A DNA stretch of 64,000 bases from Lingula anatina. Its lineage: Eukaryota; Animalia; Brachiopoda. Positions 48,534-60,964 of this stretch are shown here, one piece after another. Within the stretch, counting starts at the first letter, position 1, and every line of letters begins with the position of its first letter. A model generated the notes under the pieces. It worked only from the letters and a program-made list of their open reading frames with translations, had not been told where the DNA came from and did not search any database. The stretch covers positions 2,240,954 to 2,304,953 of the forward strand of contig CM120644.1 of NCBI GenBank assembly GCA_051362555.1, in the 5' to 3' direction. The position numbers were made by a program, and so were the translations under genes.

Positions 48534-51500
48534 GAGCTTGTCCACGAGAGAACCAGCCCAGGGTGGCAAGGTGGGGGTCAGCGGATTTCAACCAAATTTG
48601 TTGTATGGAGGCATATTAGGAAGTTATTCGTGAGTTAGGAAGGAATCCCAAAAATATCCTTTCTTCAGAGAATTATAGCCTATTATAAGTCATGGCTTAT
48701 GTAGCCTCTTTGAGACTCCATTTTTACCTTGGAAAAATTATGATATATTTTGTGTAAATTAAACAAAAATGGAGAAAACTAAAAAATATTAGACCTTACA
48801 ATCATTGAAAACAATCATTTGGCTTGCCACAGATATATGTAGAATTCAGATAAGACCCTGCTTGGGCGAGCCACACCCATTTATAACACCCCTCCCCCCA
48901 AAGTCCAATTTTGATACTACCATCTTTAATTGCATATATCTCCATCTTCACAGGGTTTACAGCTATAAAACTGCATGAATATTTTAGGCAGATATGGGTC
49001 ATTCCAAATCAAGTTTCAAAAGTTACTGCTGTATTAAAACAGGTACTGAAAAATACCTCCAAAGTTGGCCATTTTTAAGGCAAAAAATCGTGGTGGATTC
49101 ATTCAAGTCTATGTAGACGATAGGTTTGATTAATTTATTAAACCATTTTGCTCTACAATGATGTTACTAAATTAATAGGGCTGGTGATCATGGAAAGTGG
49201 GTGTGTACTAATGAATATCAGGTCAGTAGGTCAAGGTCACTGGGCTTCATATTTGTAAATTGCCATATATGGACTTCTTAATTTATATGGACAAAAAATT
49301 TAGAGGAAATAAATCATAGATTCTGTTACTTTGGAGAGGCACTGGCAATTAACTTGAGAGTTTACAAGATAATTTTAATATATATATATATATTTTAATA
49401 TCATCAATTTGGTGAATACAAATTAAAATCTTAGTTTAGTAGCGATTTCTTTTTGGTGCAATATTTATTATATAGAGATCAGGATATGCCATAGTATTTA
49501 TGATAGCAAAGCCAGAACAAATCTTTTTTAATTATCAAGAGTTTTTTTTTTAATCATCCACACCACTTTTTGGTGACTATTTATGAGCATACAGTAACTA
49601 AAAAATTATTCAATTTAGTTTATTGTTGTCTCAGATGAATAATTACAAATAATAAAAAAAAATCACAAAATTATAATATAGCAATACATGCAAAGCAGTG
49701 CAACATTAGTTGTGATCATTACAAACTATATCATAATGTAGCAAAACAAGATAATTTTCTATTCAAAAAGCAAAACTAACACAACCGCAAAATATATCCT
49801 GGTGTTATGAAACATCTTTGCAGTTTTGTATCAAACATTACAGCTCATAACATCAAAGTTTTTAATACATTCAAAAATAACTGCCGATTTTTTCTTCCTG
49901 AATAGTCTGTAACCCTCCTTACTGACATTTCAATCTCATCTTCATGCTCACAAATGCTAGGTTCTGCTGGCCTGTTTCTTGTGCCCTTCTAACCTCCTTC
50001 AGTAAAAACTCCTTTACTTTATTTGAATATAGTTTCAAAGGTTTAGATGACTTTAAAGCTCATCCATTGTGTAACTCAGTGAGATATTCAAGAGGGTGGA
50101 GTTCTCTCACAGCTGATGTGCTTTAAGTTTTTCTTTAGTCAGATTGTTGGCCCACTAGACTTTAATTTGGTCAAAAGCTGTTTTTTTTTTTTTTGGCACA
50201 TTTCATAACTGTGGTCTAAAAAAAGACCTTACAAATACTCTTCAGTCTTAGTAGCAAAAGATTTCAGAGAAAACTTCTCTGGACAAGAAAAAATTTCCCT
50301 GTTTGTGATCTTGCTTGGTATAGTCCCAGTTGGCATATTTGCCTCAGAAAAACCCAAATTAACTTTAACATCAGTATCACTCATGTTAAAACTGCTCAAG
50401 GAAGGAAGACACCTTTTCTCTTGTTGTAGGAATCAAGAAAGCTAAATTGTTGTAATTGGACACTCCAGTCCATGCAGGTTTGGAAGATGTCTGTTTAGTT
50501 GGATGTAGAAAATGGCTCCAACTGCAGAAACTAGGGCCTCATGCATCTCCTCAGCATTTGTTATATTGTGGCTTTCATTTACATACATGCCTTTCTACAA
50601 CAGCCATCATTTCCACACTAGTTTCAGTTTCTGCAAGACTTTGGACTCTTTTGCTGACCATAAGATCACTGTGTGTCAAATAACACTTCTCAAATATGCC
50701 TGAAATATAAATATAGCTTACTATAGACACATGAAAACACTTATCTGAAAGTTAATTGATACATTGATGAAAAATAAATTATTATCCCATTTGTCCATGT
50801 TTTATAAGTAAGGCATGGTTTCGAATATTAATTATGATGAGCCTAGCAATTTTGCCAAGACCAGCCCTAGCTTCAATCTAATTCCAATTGTTACCCTTAA
50901 ATTTATTTTACCCAAGTACCATTAAACCTACATAAATACCCACACAAATATAGCTTAAAAGATAAAATTATCACAGGTCCTTAGGCTGCAATTTCATTAT
51001 TTGAAAGGGGGCATTTTTCTTTTTTAAAAAATGGAGCGTTTACCATTAAAAAAATTACACCTAGATCATTTTTCTGAGTGAACTTTTTTTCTGGATTTTA
51101 GCCTGTATTAAAATACAAACAAACCCGTTTCTTACCTGAACCAAGTGGCATCGGTATATTCAAATGGCTTTTTGTCTACACTGACATCTGCAAGTTAATC
51201 CCATGACATATTTCGTTATAGGCTCGTTTTCCCCTGTGTGGATGGTTTCCAGCACAAACCAAGCCCATATCCCAGTGCTGGTCACATGGTGTAACCCATT
51301 TATTCTCCCAAAGATACTTGAAAAAGTCCAATTGCTGTCATCGGATACAAAAGAATTCACACCTGACAAGAACCAGTGTGCTTTCGTAACTCACGCTGTT
51401 TTGCTTCACGTAAACGCGACGAAGATGACTGTTAATATCTCTGTTGCAATTTTTCAATACACTACATGTTTTTTATATCTGTAGACAGAGTATAAACCAC

Positions 51501-52318
51501 ATGATATACGACTTCGTTGAGGAAGATTTGTAAACAAACAGTCTGCGATTTCCGCCATGTTGGATAATGACGTTGTGTTGTTCTGACGTTAGTACATTAG
51601 TTTCACATGGTTTTAAAATGTGTTAGATGCTTGTTTTAACCAGAAAAAAAATTAGAATAGGTAAAATGAAAATAAAAAGTTCAACTAACAGTGTTTTAAA
51701 CCATTCGGTGACTTGAAAGAGATGGCTGAAGTTCAGTGCACCGATATACGTGTTCGGATATATTTACGAAAAATGAAGAAATTAGGTCATGTTCTATCTG
51801 TTACAACGGACAAGTTGTAGAACAGCAGTAAGTTTTGATTTCATGTATAAATAGATTAATGAGTTATCTGTTAGTCCTGAACACGCTTTACCCCAAAGAC
51901 CTGTGAAGATGAAGATATTGTCAAAAATAGAAGGGGGGTGTTCAAAGCATGTGGTTTGTAGGCCTGAGAAAAACGCTTGGTTTGTTACCATGGAAACAAA
52001 GAGAGTGGAAAAAGTGTATATCATTTTAATCCCCTATCTTTAGGTTATAATATATCACCAAACTAAATCATTTGGTGACACCTGTATAAACTTTAAGGCC
52101 AATCAATATAACCCTGTTTTTCAAAAGAATTTTTGGTTGATAAACCCCCCAAATTGTCACTGGCCATATCTCTGTAAGTAGGGATTTTTTTCGGGAAATA
52201 TTGCAGCCTCAGATATTGTTCATATAAAGGTTCAAACACACCAAATATGATGTAAATCCGTTCACCCCCACCTTGCCGCATTTTCTACATTTGCTTTGGT
52301 TTTCTCGTGGACACACAC
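48534..52318 (-). mobile_element. TTAA-specific DNA transposon relic (Sola3-like) in the gene B intron
   Basis: TTAA at 48530-48533 and 52319-52322; imperfect ~140-bp TIRs (GAGCTTGTCCACGAGAGAACCA..GGCAAGGTGGGGGT / inverse). The flanks rejoin to match the uninterrupted gene C intron. A decayed spliced ORF lies on the minus strand (ATG 51558, donor after 51136, acceptor before 50699) with a Cys/His-rich N-terminus. The superfamily call rests on remembered TTAA + GAG-terminus rules. Confidence 0.72.
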
Positions 52319-52410
52319 TTAAGTGCAGAGCACATTATGACCCCATGGAAAGCAGTGCTTTTATATCTTTCTCAAAATGTATAGGCTGTTTCACATATGA
52401 CATATTTTAA

Positions 52411-53910
52411 TATAATAATAATAATTTATTTTTCTATGGCGCATTCCATTAAAAATCTCAATGCGCCTTACAACATTCACTTAAAAGAGCTAAATAACAC
52501 AATACTAATATAAGAACACATTACAATTTTAAAGGACTAAGAACTAATTTAAAAAACCAATTATTCATATTCTAAAATGATAAGAACCTAAAGTGACAAC
52601 ATTTAAAATTAATCATAAAATTACAGTACACCTTATTAAAAACTAAAATTAACTATATGATAGCTACTGATAGGCTATTCTAAAAATATGAGTTTTCAAA
52701 AGCTTTTTAAAAGTATCTATGTCACCTGCTGCTCGTATTTCAGAGGGTAAAGTGTTCCAAACTTTGGGTGCATATATCATAAATGCCCTTTCACCGTAAA
52801 ATTTACCAGCTTTTTTCTCTAAGACACTGTGTTCTAAAAGTAAATGACTAAAAGTTGAAGACCTGGTAACTCTTCCATGCTGATGTTGCTTCATAAGTTC
52901 TGAGATATAAAGTGGTTTATTCTCGGTGACTGCTTTAAAAATGACACATAAAATTTTAAATAAAATTCTCTCTCTTACTGGAAGCCAGTGAAGTTCCATC
53001 AAAACAGGTGTTATATGCTCTCGGCTATTCCATCCCATTTTAGTTACCAGCCTAGCTGCAGAATTTTGAATTAATTGAAGTTTGTTCAGATGATTTTTGC
53101 CTAAACCATATAAGAGACTGTTGCAATAATCAAGCTTAGAAGTAATGAAAGCATGGACTAGTTTTTCAGTTGAAGTTTTGTCCAGTAAGTCACGTATCTT
53201 ACTAATTCGCCAAAGTGAGTATGATGCCGATTTGCAAATTTCAGAGATCCGTCTATCCATAGTTGCATACTGATCAAAGGTGACACCTAAATCTTTCACA
53301 TAGCTAGATGGATTGATGTTGACACCACCGATACAAATATCAGATTTCATTGCATTTCCCCTGTCTGACTTAGACCTTGATGTAAACCATATTAGTTCAG
53401 TTTTTCCATCATTTAGTGCTAGCATGTTTGTTTTCATCCAATTTCGGATCTCAACTAGACAAGTTTCTATTGAGGTGATAGCCATGGAGCGATTACTTTC
53501 ACTTGTGACATAAATTTGAGTGTCATCAGCAAAAATGACAGTGTTGAGACCATGTTTAACTATAATGTCTTCTACTGGTAGCATATACAATGAAAAGAGC
53601 AATGGACCTAGCACAGACCCCTGAGGGACACCATACTCTAAAATAGTGGGCTTTGATAGCAACGACTCAATTGACACCTTTTGTGTTCGATCTTTTAGAT
53701 ATGAGGTTAACCAATTAAGTGCTAAATCTTTTACTCCAAATCGGTACTGTAGTCTGTGCAGAAGTATGTTGTGGTCAATGGTGTCGAATGCAGCAGACAG
53801 ATCTAAAAGGACTAAAATAACATCTTTTTGTTTGTCTAAAGAAAGCATGATGTCATTATGAACCCTTAGGAGAGCTGTTTCTGTGCTATGTCCTTCTCTA
53901 TAAGCTGATT
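52411..53910 (-). mobile_element. 5'-truncated CR1/L2-clade LINE
   Basis: RT motifs SAYREGHSTETALL, LDLSAAFDTIDH, GVPQGSVLGPLLF, FADDTQIY and L2-like LHWLPV..RI.FK; 3' stem-loop GGCGCATT..AATGCGCC (52438-52467) and (ATT)n tail. Confidence 0.93.
52664..53848 (-). CDS. LINE ORF2 reverse transcriptase, C-terminal fragment (open frame, no true start)
   Basis: 394-aa ORF with canonical non-LTR RT motifs; the frame continues upstream to the truncation point at ~53910. Confidence 0.85.
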   Translation of the reverse strand: MLSLDKQKDVILVLLDLSAAFDTIDHNILLHRLQYRFGVKDLALNWLTSYLKDRTQKVSIESLLSKPTILEYGVPQGSVLGPLLFSLYMLPVEDIIVKHGLNTVIFADDTQIYVTSESNRSMAITSIETCLVEIRNWMKTNMLALNDGKTELIWFTSRSKSDRGNAMKSDICIGGVNINPSSYVKDLGVTFDQYATMDRRISEICKSASYSLWRISKIRDLLDKTSTEKLVHAFITSKLDYCNSLLYGLGKNHLNKLQLIQNSAARLVTKMGWNSREHITPVLMELHWLPVRERILFKILCVIFKAVTENKPLYISELMKQHQHGRVTRSSTFSHLLLEHSVLEKKAGKFYGERAFMIYAPKVWNTLPSEIRAAGDIDTFKKLLKTHIFRIAYQ

Positions 53911-55204
53911 ATTATAGAATTCATATATAATAGCAAAAGTGTTAAATGAATTCGTAAACCTGTTTTGTACTACAAATGGCTTTCATTCAAATTTTTGTAG
54001 GACTCCAAGGGAAGATGGTTTGGTCACTAAAAAAGAGTTTATTGATTTAACAACAAAGCGAGCTGAACAGGTTCTGGTATCTTGGAGAGCGAAGGCGGTA
54101 TATGGTATTTTATTCAAAGTATATCAAACATGGTGGTCTAACGAAAACACTAACTATGAGACGTCCATAACATTTGAGGAATTGCTCCCAGCTTTCGAGA
54201 AGGAAGTCGGTAATACAAATGAGGCACTTGTCCAAGTCTCTAAGGATTGGTTTCACACATTTGACCTTGACTGCAATGACAAACTGACAGTAGATGAGTA
54301 TTCCAAATTTCTTACCATCCTTCGCAACACATCCCCAGTCCAAGAAATCTTTGAAGATATTGACCAGGATGGTAATGGTCATATTGATGGTGAGGAATTC
54401 TTAAACGGATTTCAGCATTCATGGTATGACATAAAGGCTGATCCTGCAGATTTTATTTTTGGCTCCCAAAACTGAAAACATGTTGGTAAAATCAGAAAAG
54501 CAATTAAATTTGATTGTATAGTTTTCCTTTAAAATTGTATAACTCTGACATTATTCAGAAGTGTCAAAATTGTACATTGTTAACTCTTCCAGAATAGACT
54601 ACAATGCTGTTGAGTTAAAACTGGGGCGAAGGGTGTTTAGTACGTCTTTTGAATTAGGGATGTTTGCAGTTAATTCATTTTGAGAGAGCTTATAAAGGCG
54701 GCGGCCACTAAAGACACTGGCAAAGATATACCGCCAAGCTTGTTATAAGCGCCTGGGAATCCGAACGTGTTATTCAATATGGCCTGACCTTATGTTCACA
54801 TACCTAATTATGTTGTTATCTAAAATATCAGGCACTTAATAATCCAAGTCTATTTCTGACGCGTACTTGGACAAACGTAATTTTTAGGTTAACTCTCCAA
54901 TGACATTTCATGCTGTACAGTTAAATATACTGTGTTTGACCAAAAAAGTGCAACATACAAGGTATATCGACTGGGTGGCTTTGGAGCCAGAGTGCACACC
55001 TCCGGGTCGGGAATACATGGATTGGATCCATTCCGGCAACGTCGATGTCCTTCATTAACGGGGCCTAGCTGCTGTCTCTCAATTTGAATTTGAGGGTTGC
55101 GCTTGAAACAACGTAATACACTGTACCTAGTCTAGAAGTGAAAGATGCCGTTTGTTTGTTTGTACATCTAGTTTGCAGCGCCTTATTCGGCACTTGGGCA
55201 GTTT

Positions 55205-55846
55205 GCAGTAGCGGTGACACGTTTTGATATTTCAGTATAAATACAATGTATGATATTAGAAGAACATCTTAAATATTTTTTGAACTGTATCCCAAAATAT
55301 CAGACCTTCTGCAAATTCGCAGCAAATTTGATGCAAATTTGCTGCAATATTGCTGCAAACTGCAATTACTTCTTGCAAATTTGTTGCAATATGGCTGCAA
55401 ATTAGCAGCAATAATTTTTTTCTTGCAAACTCCTTCAAACTCGTTGTTGCAAACTTTAAGTTTGCAGCAATTTTGCTGCAATAAAGCTGCAAACTTTTCA
55501 TTTTGCTAAGGGATAGGTTCTTTCGAAAAAATACTACTCACCAAATTTCTTATTGGGTTTTCAAATACATCTGTACATCGATTATATATTCTAAAGAACC
55601 ACAATAGCTAAGTAGCGTCATTCATTGTCTTGGAAGCCCACACGACAATAAATGACTATGTCTATATTTAAAGACAATTATGTTGAACTTGTTAAGTTGA
55701 CGACGATAGGGGATGTTTATTGAAATAAAGGATCACGCCAAAGGCAATAATGCATTCTTGGATCCAAACAGACATCACTCCTAAAGACTTGAAGCATCGG
55801 ATCAGACACGATTTTATTAGACGGGTAGAAAGACCATCTGGTAAGT
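55205..55846 (+). promoter_or_regulatory. Promoter block and non-coding exon 1 of EF-hand gene C (donor after 55840)
   Basis: Paralogous to 44080-44499; TATATTTAAAG at ~55663; donor CTG|GTAAGT. Confidence 0.6.
55291..55512. mobile_element. CCC...GGG MITE with 2-bp TSD (AT), built of TGCAAA/TTGCAGC repeats
   Basis: AT-CCC ... GGG-AT; absent from the paralogous gene A promoter near 44160. Confidence 0.65.
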
Positions 55847-57303
55847 AACATGTAGTAGATTTTACAGTCAGAGTTTGTTGAAAACAAGAGTGGAAATGAG
55901 TGTTAACAGGGAAGATTAAAGTACACTGACGATTTGGCGATAAATTCATTTTTCCGTTGGTTTATTTTTCATATGAAAGTCCAACTGTGAAAAGGAATGG
56001 ATACTGTAGTGCTAGGAACTCTGTGATCAACTATTATATCCAACAAAATATTTTTCAAAACTTTACAATTCGCATAAAAACGTGGGAAATGTTCAGTTCC
56101 ATTTGCTTAGATACTACACTGTAGAAACGGTGTTTAGCATTTAAAAACATACAACGCACGTTAGACCCCTATACGCATTTAGAAATATGTGTAAAAGCTA
56201 AACACGTATAGCTTTTCAAACGTTTCACAGAAGAAAAAGCTAGACACGTTGGCAGTGTTACACGTTTAGTTATGTGTTTAGCTTCACCGTCATATGATTC
56301 TATAATAAGTCTATCACAAGCTAAGCACATTGACTAAGCACTTCCCCTGCTAAGCGCGTGAGGCTGCTAAACATATGGAGCTGCTATAGGTGTGGAATTC
56401 CTAAACAACAAAACGTCAAACCTCTGAAAATTATTATTTTCATCTGTTGTTCACTTCAGAAAATTAGAAATGCTTCACACATTCCTCAGCTATATGTGAT
56501 ATTCCATAATTACGTAGTAAACATAAGAAAATAAGGTTAGTATTACACGTGTTCTTTTTCCAAACTTTATTTAAAGAAAATCGTTATTGATACAAAATGT
56601 CGATAATATGTTCCTAAAATACACGTTTTACGTTCTGAGGATGTAACGAAGAACCAATTAAATTTTGACAAAAAGCTCAAAAGTGCTTTCTTCTCTTTCA
56701 CTTCAATGTAGTTTCATGTTTACATTGAATGATGACTTGGGTAAACTTACTTTGTAATACTGGCAGAGATAAAAGATTTACATCCGGATAGGGGACTATC
56801 ACTGAACGCATTAAAACATTCTTATATCTAAAAAACACACAGCTCCTTCAAAACAACGGATCCGACAAGATTCTACAATATTCATGGTTCTATGGGAACA
56901 GCAGATAAACAAGCTGGTGATCGATACAGGTATATACAATGGAAAATACTGATCTGGGCAGTCGACGTATTATTCTGTCAACCCTATCCACGATGTTGAG
57001 TTCAATCAGCAAGTGAAACAATTAAACGTTCAAGTTGAAAGATATGTTTGAGCGCAAGATGCACATTATTTGGTCTGGCATACATGTATAAAATGAATTT
57101 ACAATCAAAGTAGTTTTATTGATTTGTGATTGAATAACCAAAGAAATGATATGTTTAATTGAAATTTGTTGGATTTATTTTGATATTCCCACTTTTGTAC
57201 TCGGGAGGGATACTTATAATGCAGGTTTCCCCCAGTCATGGTTCCTGTTGTTTTGGATTCCTTAGTGTGATCTTCTAGTAATTTCGTTCTCAAAAATGAT
57301 GGC

Positions 57304-57348
<45 letters not shown>
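57304..57348. repeat. (TA)n microsatellite directly upstream of the gene C exon-2 acceptor
   Basis: Read directly; one AA interruption. Confidence 0.9.
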
Positions 57349-57357
<9 letters not shown>

Positions 57358-57388
57358 TTCAGAAGCCCTGAAAAGGAAAACTATTAAA

Positions 57389-58861
57389 ATGTCGGTCACC
57401 AAATTAGGAGTTCTGCTTCTTGTGGTGCTTGTTGAAACCATTGTTGCTTCAAATAATGTGAAGGTAAGTCATGCGTTGAAATCTCTATCCATGTTGACAA
57501 GCTATTACCAATAGTTAGACTAGCTTAGCTTTATAAGAACCATGCAGTGTCAACCTAGCAACTACTCGTGGTACCGATCAATTTGCACTGCAGGTAGCTT
57601 GGAATAGTTGGATTACCAAAATTCTTTGGTTGGGTAGTATGTAATTGGAAATATTAGCCACACATACCATTAATTATAAGAAAAAAATAATACAGGTTAA
57701 ATGAGGACAGCTTTAGAAGGAACATCAAAAATGTCTAGTTAAAATAAATTAATATTTTATCCTCAGAAATGTATCTTTGAAAATCCACAGTTACGATGCC
57801 ATATGTTTTATCTTCGAACTTAACAATTTTAATCATGATCCCTATCTGGGATTTTATTCTAAGTGGAATTAATTGTAATATGCGAGGTGGTGAGGCGACG
57901 TTATTCTCTCTCTAATTTTCAGCACAAGCACCTATGAATTCATGCTTTTTAGGCCTCTTACTGTACGTCCCTCCAAAATTAAAAAAAAAAAAAAGAAAAA
58001 ATAAATATATTTTTTCGTGATTCTTTACTCAAAACAGACGAAACACCTATGTTTTCAAGATAAGCACGTGCAGTTCTGGGCATGTACGAAGTGAACAGCA
58101 GTGACTAATCTAATGGGTCAAGGAATATGCAATAATATAAGACATTACGACCTAGTAATTCTGAAATAGTTTACTTTCAGTGCTCAGTACAATGTGACCC
58201 CAGGGAAAGAAATGTTTTAACATACTTCTATATTTCCTCAAACATATACATTTCAATAGCGAAATTTGTGAAACAAATTTATAAACCTGTTTTGTACATA
58301 TGATTTTCATTCGAATTTCTACAGGACCGCAAGGGAAATTTTACTGGCCACTGGATTTCTAAGCAAAAGGCATTATTTGATATATTTGATGTTGACGAAG
58401 ATGGTTTGGTCACTAAAGAGGAATTTATTGATTTAACAACAAAGCGAGCTGAACAAGTTCTGGTATCTTGGAGAGCTAAGGCGGTACATGGTATTTTATC
58501 CAAAGTATATCAAACATGGTGGTCGAACGAAAACACTAACTACAAGACGTCCATAACATTTAAGGAACTGCTCCCAGCTTTCGAGAAGGAAGTCTGTAAT
58601 ACAAATGAGGCACTTGTCCAAGTCTCCCAGAATTGGTTTCACACAGTTGACCTCGACTGCGATGACAAGCTGACAGTAGACGAGTATTCCAAATTTCTTA
58701 TCATCCTTCGCAACACAGCCCCAGTTCAAAACATCTTCGAAGATATTGACCAGAATGGTAATGGTTATATTGATGGTGAGGAATTCTTAAACGGATTCCA
58801 GCATGCATGGTATGACTTAAAGGCCGATCCTGCGGATTCTATTTTTGGCTCTCGAAAGTGA
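57389..58861 (+). CDS. Secreted EF-hand Ca-binding protein C (SCP / aequorin-like fold)
   Basis: Exon 57389-57463 encodes MSVTKLGVLLLVVLVETIVASNNVK; exon 58325-58861 (537 nt) encodes HWISKQKALFDIF-DVDEDGLVTKEE, DLDCDDKLTVDE and DQNGNGYIDGEE; intact frame. Confidence 0.9.
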
Positions 58862-59662
58862 CAAATTAAAAAAAGCAGTTTGATCGTTATTGTTTTTTTT
58901 TTCTTTTTTAATTGCATGTGGCTCTGATACTATTCAAAAGTGTCAATATTTTGCTATACTTACTTTTCCAAAGTTGTGTGCAATGTTAGTTAACTATTCA
59001 GTATTCCTACAAAGACTATTGCTATTAATCTAATCTTTGTCAACAGAGTGCTTATTAATTTGGTTGAATAAAATTTGCCTACAATTTTTCCTTCGTGCAG
59101 TTTGTATTTGTTTTGCTTTAAATGCCGTTTTTAGGTTTGGAATTTTAAGTTTAAAAACTTATATTAATTTTTAAGACAGCGCGTATAACACGATACCAAC
59201 ATAATATTGTAAAGAAAGAGGGTCTGATAATGTATTCCAATAAGATTCACATATAATACCATATAATTTTTACCTAAGTTTCTGTCTAGCCGCAGAACAA
59301 GGCCCTCAGCAGTTCCCATAGTCGTTCAGAGAGGACGAGAATCAGTTAACCCCATAAATCCATACGATAAATAGCAAGTTTTTACAGGAAGAATCGACGT
59401 TACAGCCGTGTTAACATGTAGAAGGTGTAACCTCATAGACCACGAGCAGAATACACCAGGGCCCCGTATCTCGAAAGCATCAAGCATTGCGACCGAGCGC
59501 AAGCGTCTCGATTCCATAACTCGCTCATACTCGCCCCATATAATACTGTAGCCTCTATGCAACATCGCGTATCATGGGCGATGACGCAATGCAGGCTATA
59601 AATAGTGGACGGCACTGCACGCCCTATTTTAATCGTCGATTAAACCACTCCCCCCCCCCCCC

Positions 59663-59699
<37 letters not shown>

Positions 59700-60562
59700 C
59701 GAAACGTATAATATCGTCTCATTATATAATTAGGAATAGAACACCCATTCTTGTATTAAATAAACCACCAGAATACTGATGCTACGATAGCACTAATGTT
59801 CAGCGTCCAAAATAAATGTATTATACATGTAAATCACACCCATCTTATATATAAGAGGGGACCTTATCACATTTGAAAGGCGCTGAACAATATTTAAATT
59901 CATATAACAGACGTAAGCTCCAGAGGTCTTACGTAATACAGCGACAGGAACAAAGGGTTCCCGTTGTAAAATTCAACATTTTGAGTTCGAATCACACCGT
60001 ATACTTTTCTTCATTTTTTAATGCAATGGAGAGGACAAGCCGGTGTGCAGTCACGTGACATATATATATCAAACCAAAATGAATGGATTGAAACAAATTG
60101 GTTTAGCGAGTACCGAGAAGGATACACGACGTCATACGGCAGATATGACGGCATATTGGCAGCTACGCGCACAGGTTTTTCCCTCTGTCATTTTCTTTCT
60201 GAACATAACATTAACATTTCTTAACTATGACGTCTCTCATCCACCCATGATACTACGGACAAGGTTGTGTTTTTCTGAATTGGCGAAAGTTCCCCAGTGT
60301 GCAATAAACACCTAGAAGCAAGTAAAATGTAGAAAGTGTTTTACGATTACAATGTATACCGTCACCTGAAGTTCGAATATGACAAAAGACAAATGAGTTG
60401 TTGACAGCTTTTACTTATAAGTTTGATCTTATTGAAATCACAAACAACATTTGTTGGAATACTTAATTTTTTCTAGTAGTAGTAAAGCAAATATATCCAT
60501 GCAATTAGCACTACATGTATGTCTAATACTAGGCACTTATATATCAAGAGTTCCCCCACCTA

Positions 60563-60799
60563 GACCCCATTACCATACCTAGATCGATCTAGCAGGATCG
60601 ACCCATCTCGATAACTTGCATTCAATTACATTCAACTCTGAGGTCTGCCATGCCTACTGAAGTTGTTAAGGGGTAATTACCTATTGATAAGCAGCTTCAG
60701 CTGGCGTGTCAGACATCCAAGCCACTTAACGCAATTTAGCAAGAATCCCCTCGGAGATGGGCGGTCCAGCTAGATCCGTCTAGGTATGGGAATGGGGTT
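60563..60799. mobile_element. Palindromic MITE related to 3089-3303
   Basis: ACCCCATTACCATACCTAGATCGATCTAGCAGGATCG ... CGGTCCAGCTAGATCCGTCTAGGTATGGGAATGGGGT inverted ends. Confidence 0.7.
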
Positions 60800-60964
60800 T
60801 TAGTTTATTTGAAAAAAAAAACATTTGATTTAGGAAGTTACCCAACGCACTATGGATTATCTTGACGCAATATAGGAGTTGATTTACGTCGCATATATAT
60901 ATATATATATATACACCATTATTAACCATTATTATAACACTATCATATATTAAGCCCGCAAGAG

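Larger units (their letters stand above)
47743..54475 (+). pseudogene. EF-hand gene B, frameshifted paralog
   Basis: Signal exon 47743-47805 (MTAIVLGILMLVVVVASNDVK). The last exon, 54001-54475, is 475 nt versus 537 nt in A and C. The 62-nt deletion gives DSKGRWFGH-stop (TAA 54028-54030). The intron is inflated by two transposons. Confidence 0.85.

Noticed and set aside
53939-54010. N-terminus of the 178-aa ORF as an intact EF-hand protein
   Set aside because: Starts at GTG in intronic sequence; the spliced frame is shifted by the 62-nt deletion.
54960-55130. Possible tRNA gene or tRNA-derived SINE (similar impressions at ~8225-8300 and ~59290-59540)
   Set aside because: No convincing cloverleaf or A/B boxes could be built by eye; needs tRNAscan-SE or Dfam.
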